Source: a virus. Taken from it: a DNA stretch of 64,000 nucleotides. The position numbers were made by a program, and so were the translations under genes. Shown in pieces: positions 20,025 through 30,514 of the stretch. The notes beneath the pieces were generated by a model that saw only the letters and a list, made by a program, of their open reading frames with translations, did not search any database and was not told where the DNA came from. The stretch is taken from IMG/VR virus record IMGVR_UViG_3300009788_000087, one strand, 5' to 3'. The stretch's first letter is position 1. Each line of letters starts with the position of its first letter.

Positions 20025-20216
20025 CTAACACAGTTCCTCGCCGTCGCCAACAACTCTTCCTTTTCTCTTAAGATAATCTAAGTTTAAATGAAGGACTTCG
20101 TCATTGTCCACTGATAACTCAATATCTCTAAGTGAATCGGATATGTCTGTCTGCGCAAACAAACCACCCTGTACGATAGAAACGATCTCGATAAGAACAT
20201 CTGGTCCTAATTTCAT
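20025..20216 (-). CDS. hypothetical protein
   Basis: GGAG RBS, downstream of a sigma70-like promoter. Confidence 0.6.
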   Translation of the reverse strand: MKLGPDVLIEIVSIVQGGLFAQTDISDSLRDIELSVDNDEVLHLNLDYLKRKGRVVGDGEELC

Positions 20217-20236
20217 TGTGTATTCTCCATTACTCA

Positions 20237-20265
20237 ATTATACCATTGGCAAAACCATAAGTAAA
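20237..20265 (-). promoter_or_regulatory. sigma70-like promoter
   Basis: TTTACT-17 nt-TATAAT. Confidence 0.65.
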
Positions 20266-20287
20266 CCCTACCGATGGCTTATAAGAC

Positions 20288-20749
20288 TTATCTTCCTTTA
20301 CCGGTCCATCGGGCTCGAGTGCCTCTTATATCGTAGTGCACGAATCGACCAGGATAGTGTCCCACTCCACCCTCTTTTATCTTTCCTTCATCGATAAGTA
20401 GCAAAATTAACTCATGGAGTTTAGCCGTAGAACAAAGAGACTTTAAGTCTGCAGCTTTAGCAACCATGTGTTTGGAATTTTTCACTCCACCTATAGCTGC
20501 GTTGTGTTCAGGCGTTCTATACCCTGAAAAGACTTTGATAGAAGTACCGACATGGTCACGAATTACTTGAAGATTCTTAGCAAGCTCTTTGACATTGTCG
20601 ACAAACTGAAGTGGGACTTGAGTCTTTCTGTCATCATTTGTCACAAACTCTCCCAACTTGAAGTTTTCTGTTAGTTGTGTATCTGGAGTGAGTGGTCTTC
20701 TCTTACCAAACTTTTTTATTACTCTTGCAAGTTCCTCGAAAAATCCCAT
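20288..20749 (-). CDS. peptidase M15A family (D-Ala-D-Ala carboxypeptidase-like; possible endolysin)
   Basis: LTENFKLGEF...SGYRTPEHNAAIGGVKNSKHMVAKAAD...FVHYDIRG. Confidence 0.85.
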   Translation of the reverse strand: MGFFEELARVIKKFGKRRPLTPDTQLTENFKLGEFVTNDDRKTQVPLQFVDNVKELAKNLQVIRDHVGTSIKVFSGYRTPEHNAAIGGVKNSKHMVAKAADLKSLCSTAKLHELILLLIDEGKIKEGGVGHYPGRFVHYDIRGTRARWTGKGR

Positions 20750-21621
20750 CTTGAAATCCTCGTTGTACCAAACTTCTCTACTGCTAATGTGGCACACTCA
20801 TTCGCATATCTAACTGCGCCTCTAATATCTTGTGGATCTCTAACAATCCCTAACGCAAATGCTGCAGTATGTGTATCACCACAACCAGTGACATCTACAA
20901 CATGTTTTGCTTCTTTTGTCGAAAAACGTTCAGTATGAACCATGTACGATTTATCATCGCTTTTTGAGCTCTCACACTGGTGAAGCTGAGCTCCCTTTTC
21001 TCCAAGTGTCACAATGACAAAGTCAAACAATCGTTCAACGGCCGTGTAGTCTTTATTCGAAACCTGAAGAGAGTATTCGTGTTCATTCACGTTTAAGAAC
21101 TTTGCTCCCTCAAATATTCTCAGGTCTTTTCGCTTCGAATCAACAACGACGGGAATACCAGAATCTAGAATCTTTTTTGTGACACTTTCTGTTACTGTCC
21201 CCTTGTCATAGTCAGATATGACAATCAGGTCATAGTGCTGACTGAGCTCAAAACACTCTTCAAAATGTTCTCTATATGCTCGATCAAACTTCTTTTTGTT
21301 ATCTACACGACACACTATCTTATCATCACAGACGTATCTATGTTTTTCTAAACTATCTCCCCAGACCATCCACCCGTTAAGATCATTATCTGACATGAGA
21401 TCAGCATCTAGAGCTCTCATTATTCCATTTAGATCTACAGAAATACTATCTCCAGCAAGTGCTTTGATATTTGCTGCTACATTTGCAGCTCCACCTAATC
21501 TACGCTCTTTCACACCAGTTTTATCAAAAACAGGGATATCTGCTTCCTGCGCCATGCGAGAAGTCGTAACGTGTGTGTAGCAATCTATGACTATGTCACC
21601 AACTACTAGGATTCTACTCAT
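20719..21621 (-). CDS. rfaE: PfkB-family heptose-7-phosphate kinase (HldE/RfaE domain I-like)
   Basis: ILVVGDIVIDCY, LGGAANVAANI, ISDYDKG, VDVTGCGDT. Confidence 0.85.
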   Translation of the reverse strand: MSRILVVGDIVIDCYTHVTTSRMAQEADIPVFDKTGVKERRLGGAANVAANIKALAGDSISVDLNGIMRALDADLMSDNDLNGWMVWGDSLEKHRYVCDDKIVCRVDNKKKFDRAYREHFEECFELSQHYDLIVISDYDKGTVTESVTKKILDSGIPVVVDSKRKDLRIFEGAKFLNVNEHEYSLQVSNKDYTAVERLFDFVIVTLGEKGAQLHQCESSKSDDKSYMVHTERFSTKEAKHVVDVTGCGDTHTAAFALGIVRDPQDIRGAVRYANECATLAVEKFGTTRISRWDFSRNLQE

Positions 21622-22034
21622 AGTTTCCTTATCTTCTCTATAGTCTTCGACGTTGATATATCGACACAGTACGATTTAGGCACTATTTCAATACGTGCAA
21701 TATCAGATCCCACAACATCTTTATTCAGGTATTCAGGGCCTTTAACGATGATGTCTGGGTTTAGCTTCTTTATTAAATCGTAGGGTGTTTCCTCATCAAA
21801 TATCATGACACGATCGACATACTTAAGCGCCAAGAGCATATCACGTCGCATCCACTGAGAGATTATTGGGCGATCGTTGCCCTTGATCTTCCTAATGCTG
21901 ACATCACTATTCAATCCAACTACCACAGAACCTAAGCGACCGCCCGTCAGATCTCTTGCGTATCTCAACGTTCCTACATGACCAGCATGCAGAAGATCGA
22001 AACAACCATTCGTGAATACGATATTACTTATCAT
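21618..22034 (-). CDS. heptose-1-phosphate nucleotidyltransferase (HldE/RfaE domain II-like)
   Basis: VFTNGCFDLLHAGHV, VGLNSDVSIRKIKG, PDIIVKG. Confidence 0.9.
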   Translation of the reverse strand: MISNIVFTNGCFDLLHAGHVGTLRYARDLTGGRLGSVVVGLNSDVSIRKIKGNDRPIISQWMRRDMLLALKYVDRVMIFDEETPYDLIKKLNPDIIVKGPEYLNKDVVGSDIARIEIVPKSYCVDISTSKTIEKIRKL

Positions 22035-22371
22035 TAAAATTTATGAACTCTGCAGGATGCATAGCTTTATCGTCGACATAAAAATCTGCTGACGGCTTGC
22101 CAAACAAGAGTCGATCATGACAGACTCTGTTGTCTTTCAACCATTTCTCTGTCATCTCACGATATATTGTCTCAATCATTATGACATCTCCATCACACGA
22201 TTCCATGCCACGAGCAGTGAAGATCGTTACATGCCAGCCGTTCGTCCAAAGACGGTTGACTTCCTCTATAACCTCAAGATTTGGTAGTGCTAGATGATAT
22301 GTTCCCGAACTCTCCTGAGTACACAGGGTCCCGTCCAGATCCATCACTATCTTCTTCGTAGTCTTCGACAA
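22024..22371 (-). CDS. HAD phosphatase (capsule-biosynthesis phosphatase type)
   Basis: MDLDGTLC, IFTARGM, LLFGKPSADFYVDDKA. Confidence 0.85.
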   Translation of the reverse strand: MSKTTKKIVMDLDGTLCTQESSGTYHLALPNLEVIEEVNRLWTNGWHVTIFTARGMESCDGDVIMIETIYREMTEKWLKDNRVCHDRLLFGKPSADFYVDDKAMHPAEFINFNDK

Positions 22372-23272
22372 CTGCTCTTCCTTTCATCTCAAGCCAATCC
22401 TTCTTCTCTCTAAGCTCAAGATTCCGCTCGATGACTGCACTAAATAGTTTCTCACCAGTCCCGAACTCTGCTGCGACACTTCTAAGGCTATTAATGTCTT
22501 TTGGAAAACAGTGACCTCCCGCGCCGAGCTGTCCATCATGTCCTGGAACTTGTAAATGACTGCGTGCAATACGTGGATCTAAACAAGTGAGAAGCATTAC
22601 TTCCTCGTAATCAACGTCGAGATGTCTACAGACTTGAAAAATCTCGTTTGCAATGAGAACCTTTGTCATTAGTAGTGTATTCGTAAAGAGCTTCACCATC
22701 TCTAATGTCGTTGGATCATCTGCCATCCCCAAGACTGCTTTGTTCTGCAGTTTCTTTTGGAAGAATCTTACGACGATAGTCGTATCTTCGTCATCACCAC
22801 CAAATAGAACACGTGATGTATTTTCTAGATCTGCAAAGCTATTCTTCTCAGTAAGAAACTCAGGAGAAAAAACAACACGAAGCCCAGTCTGTTGCATTTT
22901 CTTTGTGAACCCAGGAGTCACTGTGCTCTTGATCACGATGACGAATTCACTCGTATCACGATCAATGCTCTTGGCAACTATTCTAATATCACTGAGAGCG
23001 CTTTCGACGATGCTAGTGTGACAGCTGCCATCTTTGTTCATTGGCGTTGGAACTGCAAGAAAGACCACATTTGACTCACGAACAACGTCTTCAAGTGTGT
23101 CAAGCTTGTATGTATCATGAACTTTCTTAAACTTATCATAGACAACGGTACGACACTGATCATTGAAGAAATTTTCAATTGCTTGACCAACGTAACCAAA
23201 TCCAACGATGCCGACTGTCATATCAGCAACGTTAAAGTTATCCAAGAAATCGGGTGTATTAATGCTTGTCAT
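22274..23272 (-). CDS. ugd: UDP-glucose/GDP-mannose 6-dehydrogenase family (short form)
   Basis: GIVGFGYVG, FLAVPTP, IKSTVTPG, FSPEFL, GGHCFPKD. Confidence 0.85.
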   Translation of the reverse strand: MTSINTPDFLDNFNVADMTVGIVGFGYVGQAIENFFNDQCRTVVYDKFKKVHDTYKLDTLEDVVRESNVVFLAVPTPMNKDGSCHTSIVESALSDIRIVAKSIDRDTSEFVIVIKSTVTPGFTKKMQQTGLRVVFSPEFLTEKNSFADLENTSRVLFGGDDEDTTIVVRFFQKKLQNKAVLGMADDPTTLEMVKLFTNTLLMTKVLIANEIFQVCRHLDVDYEEVMLLTCLDPRIARSHLQVPGHDGQLGAGGHCFPKDINSLRSVAAEFGTGEKLFSAVIERNLELREKKDWLEMKGRAVVEDYEEDSDGSGRDPVYSGEFGNISSSTTKS

Positions 23273-24290
23273 TTATCATACCTTCGAATAGCTTATTGAA
23301 GCGTTTTGCTTGTACTTCCCAGTTTTCACTCACTGCGTAAGTCCTAGCATTATCTGATATCAAAGCGAATGCTGTCGAATCTTCTGTATATTCGATGATC
23401 GTATCTATCCAGCTGTTGACAGGGGATACGATGCCATAGACACCGCATGTAATCAAGTCTGATGGTGTTCCCATGTTTGGCGGATACAGCACTATACATC
23501 CTGCCGCCATTGCTTGCCTGTGAGCTCTTGAAGAGGGTTCCTTAAATGTCGAAGTATACGGCAGAAAACTACACTTATTGAATAATCCCCATAACTCAGG
23601 ACCATTGTCAAGATTCTTATGAAATTCCAATGCAGGATGATCTATGATGACTCCGCCATTCGTGTAGTCAGGCCAACAAATATGTAGCTTGAAGCGTTTA
23701 TCGCGCTGAAAAAGCTTCAGTGTAAGCTCTATTGCACCCTGCAAGCCTCTCCCGATATCAGAAGCCCACAGAAGCGCTCGAGGGTCTTTTTCACAGGGGT
23801 GATATGTCTCTGTATCAACACCAAGCGTGACACCAGGGAGGAGCTGGGGAGCTCTCGTAAGGCGTGAGAGCTCACTTGCCAAATTATTCTCATGCCACTT
23901 AGGAAAACAGAGAATACCATCAAGCTTGCCTTCTTCTGTAGCTTTCTCGACAGTCTTCAACCAACCAAGACCGTATGTGTGGTCCTGACTATTGATTACG
24001 TTTACAGCTTCTGATTTATAACAAGTATCAATCCATTTTCTCCAGTGGACAACAACATCATAATCTCTTTCCTTAAAGATATCATACAGGATTACCTCTA
24101 AGCATGATAATCCTCCGTCACGAGTTGTCTGTGGACCCCACTCAAAATCTGTTACAATATCAACTTCATTCTTACCAAATAGAGAATAGTAGTAAGGAAG
24201 CTCAAGATGACATTTAATAAACTGAAAAACATAATCACGTTTAGCGAGATCTTCCCAATTCCTCTCAATTCCTACAAAAGCTATTCTCAC
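23259..24290 (-). CDS. glycosyltransferase, GT4-like
   Basis: LWASDIGRGL...FKEPSSRAHRQAMAAGC, EX7E-like region. Confidence 0.7.
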   Translation of the reverse strand: MRIAFVGIERNWEDLAKRDYVFQFIKCHLELPYYYSLFGKNEVDIVTDFEWGPQTTRDGGLSCLEVILYDIFKERDYDVVVHWRKWIDTCYKSEAVNVINSQDHTYGLGWLKTVEKATEEGKLDGILCFPKWHENNLASELSRLTRAPQLLPGVTLGVDTETYHPCEKDPRALLWASDIGRGLQGAIELTLKLFQRDKRFKLHICWPDYTNGGVIIDHPALEFHKNLDNGPELWGLFNKCSFLPYTSTFKEPSSRAHRQAMAAGCIVLYPPNMGTPSDLITCGVYGIVSPVNSWIDTIIEYTEDSTAFALISDNARTYAVSENWEVQAKRFNKLFEGMINDKH

Positions 24291-25288
24291 TTATATTCAC
24301 CATCTATGTAAAAAGACTTATACCACTCAACAGTTCTCTTAAGACCCTCATCAAGATCTATTTGAGGCTTCCATGCATGTATCGTTAAAAGCTTACTAGC
24401 ATCGATGTACTGTCTTTGAATTTCCTTAAACAATGGATCACGCCGGCTTACAAATGGTTTCTTCTTTGAACCCATAAGCTCTGATATCTTGGCAGCTAAA
24501 TCATAGATTTTCACTGGGCCTGTTCCACCGATGTTATAAGCTTCACCCTGAGGCGCTTTGATTGGTTTAAGTGCACAATATCCTGTCCCTAACTTAAGAT
24601 AAGCTTCAACTACGTCATCAATGTAGATAAACTCACGCTCCATGCTTTCAATATCTGAATAAAGCATTGGGCCTTTTCCATCAAGAATTAGCTTGATTGT
24701 ATTTGGAACGATTCGTGATAAGCTCATGTCACCCGGACCGTAGACATTACTGCACCTCGTTACGCAGATTGGCATATCATAGTTATGCGCGTAAGATCTA
24801 GCAATCATATCCATACATGCTTTAGAGGTATCGTATGTATTCTTTGGTTGTAGAGCAAAATCTTCAGTATATGGAAGTTCCTCATGATCTCCATATGCTT
24901 TATCTGAGGAAGCAACTACAATGCTCTTACATCTACCAACATTGCGTGCAGCTTCAAGAACATTCACAGTTCCCATTACATTAATACGATACGTTGACAT
25001 TGGATCTTTTGAAGATGATCTAACAATGGCAAATGCTGCAAAGTGAAAGATTACATCAATCTCCTGAAGTGAGATTATCTCACTTAATGTCGTGTAATCG
25101 CAGATATCTCCCGTGAAGAGCTTGCAGTTTCCGTGGTACAAAATATCAGCTGCATGGCTAATTTCCTTAACTAAACCTGAAACATTAGCTCCCTCGAGAA
25201 GAAGTCTTCTGGCAAGAGCTGTGCCAATGAAACCATTGATGCCAGTGATTAATACGTTTTTGTTCTTCCAGCCCATATTTAGCCCCAA
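24287..25288 (-). CDS. NAD-dependent nucleotide-sugar epimerase/dehydratase
   Basis: ITGINGFIG, INVMGTVNVLEA, YDTSK (YxxxK), NVYGPGD. Confidence 0.9.
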   Translation of the reverse strand: MGLNMGWKNKNVLITGINGFIGTALARRLLLEGANVSGLVKEISHAADILYHGNCKLFTGDICDYTTLSEIISLQEIDVIFHFAAFAIVRSSSKDPMSTYRINVMGTVNVLEAARNVGRCKSIVVASSDKAYGDHEELPYTEDFALQPKNTYDTSKACMDMIARSYAHNYDMPICVTRCSNVYGPGDMSLSRIVPNTIKLILDGKGPMLYSDIESMEREFIYIDDVVEAYLKLGTGYCALKPIKAPQGEAYNIGGTGPVKIYDLAAKISELMGSKKKPFVSRRDPLFKEIQRQYIDASKLLTIHAWKPQIDLDEGLKRTVEWYKSFYIDGEYK

Positions 25289-25857
25289 GCATCTTCAGAT
25301 TTAAAAGCTCTTACTTTAAAGTTCCAATTCTGAAAATACGTCTCACCATTCTCATTTTTATCTAGAAATTCGATATCACTGAATCCTATTCGTTTGAGCT
25401 TATGCTCTAAAAGAGACTTTGTAAACGCTGTGTAGTGCCAGTTACCCTCATAATCCTGCCCGCCATAGAGTCTATTCATAGCAGCTTGAGCTATATCATT
25501 GAAAGGCGTGTTGCATTTTGCACATTTTTTATCTTCTGAATACATCTTGTTTGCGCATACGTTGCAAAGACAATCGTCTTTCATTGCAGCCATAGCACAG
25601 TGATCAAAGTCAGGAACTTGAATTTCAACAAATCCACCAGTTTTTAATGTAAACCAAATTTCCTGAAGGATCGTGTCTGTTAGTCGATAAGAAAAATGTT
25701 CGAGAACATCAAGCATCAAGATCTCTTCTGCATCTCTCCACGGCCACGGAAACACTGTCAAGTCAACCTTAACTACATCACGACAACTTAATGTCAGCAG
25801 ATCAGCGTTTATATAGCCTTCCCGTACATCAGAACCGCATCCTAAATTTAATCGCAT
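25279..25857 (-). CDS. class I SAM-dependent methyltransferase
   Basis: LNLGCG...DVLEHF...LKTGG; extra CxxC pairs. Confidence 0.8.
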   Translation of the reverse strand: MRLNLGCGSDVREGYINADLLTLSCRDVVKVDLTVFPWPWRDAEEILMLDVLEHFSYRLTDTILQEIWFTLKTGGFVEIQVPDFDHCAMAAMKDDCLCNVCANKMYSEDKKCAKCNTPFNDIAQAAMNRLYGGQDYEGNWHYTAFTKSLLEHKLKRIGFSDIEFLDKNENGETYFQNWNFKVRAFKSEDAWG

Positions 25858-26771
25858 TCTCTCACTTCTTCGATGAACTGAACGATCTCACGTGCTCTGT
25901 GTTGTGGAGTGTGTCCTTCCATTAGTTCTTGTAACAATGCTTTCCCTTGTTGTTCGTTGATTGGACCATCATACCACCCATCAAGCAAAAGATTTAAATC
26001 TTCAAGAAGCTCTTCTTCTGAATTGAAAGTACAAAACTGTTCTGGCCCATCTCCATCATTATCAAGAAGTGAATTGGAAAGAAGACATGAACCTGCGAAC
26101 CCTGCTTCAAAGTGTCTACATTGGTAGCCATAACCCCAACCAAAATCTTGTCCTACATCTGTAGCATGATTCAACACGATTTTTGATCTATTATAGATAG
26201 CATTAATTATTTCTGGATCAAAAATGCTTAAAGCAACCACGTTATGACCAGCTGCAGTTAGAAGTCTAATCATCTTATTTCGACTTTCGTGCATCACTGG
26301 ATTCGAAAGACTTCCAATAAAACAAAAATCAATATCATGCAGAAGACCGAGCGGTCTATAGAGATCCGGATCTGCAGTCAGAAGTAATTTTTTGGCTTTC
26401 TTATAACCGATCTCGTTCGCTACACGAGCACCTTCCTTATCAAACGTGAATGCATAATCACAAAACTCCCGCATGTGTTCCATCATTCCACGGATGCCAG
26501 GTGCACGGATATCATCTGGTTGATATTCAATTACAGTTTGACCAAAAGTTTTCATATCACGAAGAACAACATGCGAATATTCTCCTTGATCTTTGAATAC
26601 AATAGTTGCATCAGCATCATTACGTAGCGTTTGAGATTCTTTTTGTGAAGGATCCCATGTAAACACTGAAACACCGATCTGCTCAAGTCCTTTCTTGAAT
26701 GCAATCTCAGTGCCAAATGGAGCATTCCTAACGAAAGCACCTATCATGTTAATCTTCATTTTGGATCCCAT
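25848..26771 (-). CDS. CgeB-like glycosyltransferase
   Basis: DFCFIGS...YNRSKIVLN...RHFEAGFAGSCLLS. Confidence 0.75.
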   Translation of the reverse strand: MGSKMKINMIGAFVRNAPFGTEIAFKKGLEQIGVSVFTWDPSQKESQTLRNDADATIVFKDQGEYSHVVLRDMKTFGQTVIEYQPDDIRAPGIRGMMEHMREFCDYAFTFDKEGARVANEIGYKKAKKLLLTADPDLYRPLGLLHDIDFCFIGSLSNPVMHESRNKMIRLLTAAGHNVVALSIFDPEIINAIYNRSKIVLNHATDVGQDFGWGYGYQCRHFEAGFAGSCLLSNSLLDNDGDGPEQFCTFNSEEELLEDLNLLLDGWYDGPINEQQGKALLQELMEGHTPQHRAREIVQFIEEVRECD

Positions 26772-26995
26772 CCAAAGTGTTCGCGAACTTGGTTTCTTAA
26801 ATCTTCTGGTAGAGACTCTAATCTAATATAGTGTATAATGTCTAAATCGAATGTTGGAATATCTGCTTCATATGAATGTCTATACATTACAAACAAGCTG
26901 TTTTCTACTTTAGAAATATCTTCTTGATTAGCTACCTTTTCTAAAGTCGTACCACTAGGTTTTGATCTGTCGGCTTTATCTTCAAAATATTTCAT
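26756..26995 (-). CDS. hypothetical protein
   Basis: ORF track; translationally coupled. Confidence 0.55.
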   Translation of the reverse strand: MKYFEDKADRSKPSGTTLEKVANQEDISKVENSLFVMYRHSYEADIPTFDLDIIHYIRLESLPEDLRNQVREHFGWDPK

Positions 26996-27366
26996 CTTGA
27001 TCCTAACTCGACTCTATAAGAATCTTCTTCTTCATGTTTCGTGCTAAACTCAATCAACGTCGAATCCATCAATGCGATAATTTGGTGTTGTTGCCCACGT
27101 GGTATTCTAACACTATCTCCTACATGAAGATTTATGACATAGTCTTCTGCGTTTGAAGGATCTCTAAAGCGAATATTAACACGTCCTGAACTCAAGTACA
27201 TCGTTTCGAGTTTCTTCATGTGATAATGCATTGAGCCTTTTTTATCTTTCTGTAGAACAAGTATTTTTCCACAGTAGTCATCAAGATTTTCGACCCATTT
27301 TTCATATCCCCAAGTGCGATTTGCACGATATGTGTCATCCCATGTAACTTTTTCTACTTTTGCCAT
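26992..27366 (-). CDS. cupin (sugar isomerase/epimerase-like)
   Basis: WGYEKW...SMHYHMKKLET...QQHQI, cupin metal motifs. Confidence 0.8.
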   Translation of the reverse strand: MAKVEKVTWDDTYRANRTWGYEKWVENLDDYCGKILVLQKDKKGSMHYHMKKLETMYLSSGRVNIRFRDPSNAEDYVINLHVGDSVRIPRGQQHQIIALMDSTLIEFSTKHEEEDSYRVELGSR

Positions 27367-27373
27367 CGTGTGA

Positions 27374-28861
27374 TCACTTTAATTTCTTAATAACAACTTC
27401 TATTGAATATTCTGAATCCAACGGTGCATGTCCATCTGGCATTTTTGGAACGCCATGATAGCCAGCATCACACGTGTTTATATAAATGATCTCATAAGAG
27501 CCTTCTTCAAGTATTTCGTCAACAAGTTGTCTAAAACCTAATGTATCTGGTAGTTCATGTTCATTCGGTAAAAAGAAAACCTTGTGGTCATGATTAAACT
27601 TAGAAGGCAGTGTTTTTTGCTGTTCATACAAATCCCTGTGGGGCATGAGTATTGAAAGATAACCATCTTTCTTTAAGATTCTAAACCAATTCTTTAGACA
27701 AAGAATAGGACTAGTGGTATGTTCTATACAGTGACTAGAATGAACATAGTCATATGTTTCATCTTCGACACCTTCCATTAAAGTTGCATCCCCATGTCCA
27801 AGAAGAATATCCCATTTTTCAGAGTCAGGCAAGATGGGATCTGGTCCGCATCCTATATCAATCCCTTTACCTTTACAATACAAATCAAAGAAATTGCTCT
27901 TTTCTCTTCTAGTTTTAGCTTTACTTGTTTCACCCAATGCAATATATCTCTCAATATAACCCTTAAAGTTTTTTACATGTGAAAACATCTCTTGTACTGA
28001 AAGACCTTCGGCACTATCTTTTGTTATAGTACAACTACAACTGTGACTGTTCCATGGATGAGATTTTACAGCTGAATATTCTATAAAATTTGCCACGATA
28101 CATGGAATATCCATCGATGCGGCTACATGCGTTATACCAGTGTCATTTCCAATATATAATCCACAAGTACTTAACTTCTTAAAAGCATTATCTAAAGTTG
28201 TAATATCAGGTTTAAATCTATTATTCGATACTAATCTTTGAATTGGTCCGAGTGATAAACCCCAATCTAACGTATTTCCTGTTGACCATATAGTAAGATC
28301 TTTATTACCATTATCATCCAATAAAAGTGTTATTAGCTCTGCAAACTTTTCGTTGCCCCAATGTTTCTTCTTCCAAAAACCCGCAGCATCTTTCTTATAT
28401 CCTACGCCAATATAAATATCGAAATTATTACTATCTACATCACCATAAAAAGAACAATCTGGAACTTTATCTTTATATCCAAGTTCACGAGCATTATCCA
28501 TCTGATACTCTATTTCATGTTTCTTCCATGAAATAAATCCAGTAGTAGATGGATCAGGTCTTGTTCTACTGTCCATGACCCTATATGCTCTGTAATGTTC
28601 TTGATTTCTCCATCTTCCATCGAATGGTATAGACATTATGGCTACATCATAGACATAATCCCTAGAGACGTTGATGTTGATACTGTCTATGATGCCATTT
28701 TTAAGCAAATATTTAAAAATATCATAAGCACCAAAATCATCAGGCGTATCACCTATCATTACATCGAGACGTTCAGGTTTTAATGAGCGAAGTGCCTTGA
28801 GCATTGGAATACACATGACAGCATTTCCCAACCCGAATGTTTTACCTACGAGTATCTTCAT
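27374..28861 (-). CDS. GT9 (heptosyltransferase-like) fused to a SAM methyltransferase
   Basis: GLGNAVMCIPMLKAL and YIGNDTGITHVAASM (GT9), then GIDIGCG...SSHCIEH (MTase). Confidence 0.85.
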   Translation of the reverse strand: MKILVGKTFGLGNAVMCIPMLKALRSLKPERLDVMIGDTPDDFGAYDIFKYLLKNGIIDSININVSRDYVYDVAIMSIPFDGRWRNQEHYRAYRVMDSRTRPDPSTTGFISWKKHEIEYQMDNARELGYKDKVPDCSFYGDVDSNNFDIYIGVGYKKDAAGFWKKKHWGNEKFAELITLLLDDNGNKDLTIWSTGNTLDWGLSLGPIQRLVSNNRFKPDITTLDNAFKKLSTCGLYIGNDTGITHVAASMDIPCIVANFIEYSAVKSHPWNSHSCSCTITKDSAEGLSVQEMFSHVKNFKGYIERYIALGETSKAKTRREKSNFFDLYCKGKGIDIGCGPDPILPDSEKWDILLGHGDATLMEGVEDETYDYVHSSHCIEHTTSPILCLKNWFRILKKDGYLSILMPHRDLYEQQKTLPSKFNHDHKVFFLPNEHELPDTLGFRQLVDEILEEGSYEIIYINTCDAGYHGVPKMPDGHAPLDSEYSIEVVIKKLK

Positions 28862-29481
28862 TATTCTTTAACAATATAATGATTGTCATTATTAATTCTA
28901 AGATATTCTATACCTGCATGTTTGACAAAGTCATTAAGGGCACGAAGTGCACCTCGGCATGATGGTGAATTTGTATCATCAAAAAGAATTATACCACCTG
29001 AATTCATTCTATCGTAGAAAAACTCACAGCATGATAATACACTATCATATACATCACAATCAACATGGATAAATGAAAATTTCTTACTTATATCTAAGTT
29101 ATTAAATGTACTAGGAAATTCACCAGCATGATAGTCTATCTTATCGTTATGATCTTGGAGATGAGACTTAACATCTGTAAGGTCTACAGTAGAAAAATCT
29201 CCAACTTTATGAGAATCACTTTTATCTAAAGAAGAATATGGTATGCCGGTAAAAGTGTCAAACAAATGTATTCTCTTATTTGACTCTACAGATTCAAGAA
29301 ATTCACAAATAAAATATGCAGAACCACCTCTGTATACTCCACATTCTGCAACGTCACCTTCAATTGACGTCACATCATTTAACAATTGAAGCATACTTGA
29401 AATTTTTCCTATTGGAATAAGAGATCTAGAAAGAGCTCCAGGTTTCTTTCTCTTTGCAATAAATTTAATATAATCAACCAT
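28861..29481 (-). CDS. TylF/MycF-family O-methyltransferase
   Basis: EGDVAECGVYRGGS, LFDTFTG, FIHVDCDVYDS, GGIILFDD. Confidence 0.9.
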   Translation of the reverse strand: MVDYIKFIAKRKKPGALSRSLIPIGKISSMLQLLNDVTSIEGDVAECGVYRGGSAYFICEFLESVESNKRIHLFDTFTGIPYSSLDKSDSHKVGDFSTVDLTDVKSHLQDHNDKIDYHAGEFPSTFNNLDISKKFSFIHVDCDVYDSVLSCCEFFYDRMNSGGIILFDDTNSPSCRGALRALNDFVKHAGIEYLRINNDNHYIVKE

Positions 29482-30514
29482 TGTTTAAAACCTCGAATAT
29501 GTAGTTCATCCTAGCGTCGATGGTGTGCGATTCCATACATCCATAATGGTCAAGGCAGGCGACATCTTCACAATATCCATTATCGTCAAGACGTTGCTGA
29601 ATGAGTTTGTCCAGTTCTTCCAACGACTCAAAACAAAACCCCATCGCTGGAGCCATAGCAAGGTCAGTAGCAAGCGTTCTCATTGACACCATAAGTGATC
29701 CAACATATGGAATCTCGTAGTATCGAAGAGCCCTTCCATTTGTTGATGCTCCGGGCAAATTAAGACATATTTTGCTTTGGGCGATGAGACGAAACATCTC
29801 ATCATGTCGTACAAAAGCATCATACATGTCCGGTCGTTCTTCAAATACAATACAGTTGTTGAGATGTCCCCACTTCTTCTTTACATGGTCTATCACCACT
29901 TTCCGCGCTGGGTTGCTATTATAGCCGATGAAACAAATGTCATATTTCTTGTCTGCTAAATACTTATCTCTGTTCTCCACATCCCACAAGTGATCGAAAT
30001 TACATGAGAGGTTTGTAAGGTATGTATTCTCTAACTCGTCATACTCAGACTTCCAATCATCTACAAACATTGTTGTATTGGGACCAAAACTAGCTAAAAC
30101 TCCTCTAGGCAATCCTCTAAAGCTATCATGTCCTGCTATTACAACCGTTCTTACAACTCCTGAATACAGAGCAAAGAGCTCATGCCAATACACTGCCGAC
30201 TCATTTGTCTCATCTAAGAAAACAGCGTCTACATTGTGCGAAAAGATCTCTGTTATTATTTCAGAACGTGACCATTCTTTCATGTCTCCACAACCCTCTA
30301 CATAACATAGAGATCTGCGTTCGGCTCCGTAGTCCTGTTCGTCATGCCCAATGAGCTCTGGCTTTCCTTCACGATGCTTAGCTCTTGGTGGCCAATCGAT
30401 TACATTCTCCTTACCAAACCTCCTGACAAGACCGGCAAAAATGAGATCCATGGAGAAATCACTTCCCTCACGAGGAGAAATTATAATGTGTTTTTTCACC
30501 TTATAGCTACTCAA
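29474..30514 (-). CDS. CgeB-like glycosyltransferase
   Basis: KKYDICFIG...IAQSKICLN...RYYEIP. Confidence 0.75.
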   Translation of the reverse strand: MSSYKVKKHIIISPREGSDFSMDLIFAGLVRRFGKENVIDWPPRAKHREGKPELIGHDEQDYGAERRSLCYVEGCGDMKEWSRSEIITEIFSHNVDAVFLDETNESAVYWHELFALYSGVVRTVVIAGHDSFRGLPRGVLASFGPNTTMFVDDWKSEYDELENTYLTNLSCNFDHLWDVENRDKYLADKKYDICFIGYNSNPARKVVIDHVKKKWGHLNNCIVFEERPDMYDAFVRHDEMFRLIAQSKICLNLPGASTNGRALRYYEIPYVGSLMVSMRTLATDLAMAPAMGFCFESLEELDKLIQQRLDDNGYCEDVACLDHYGCMESHTIDARMNYIFEVLNNG

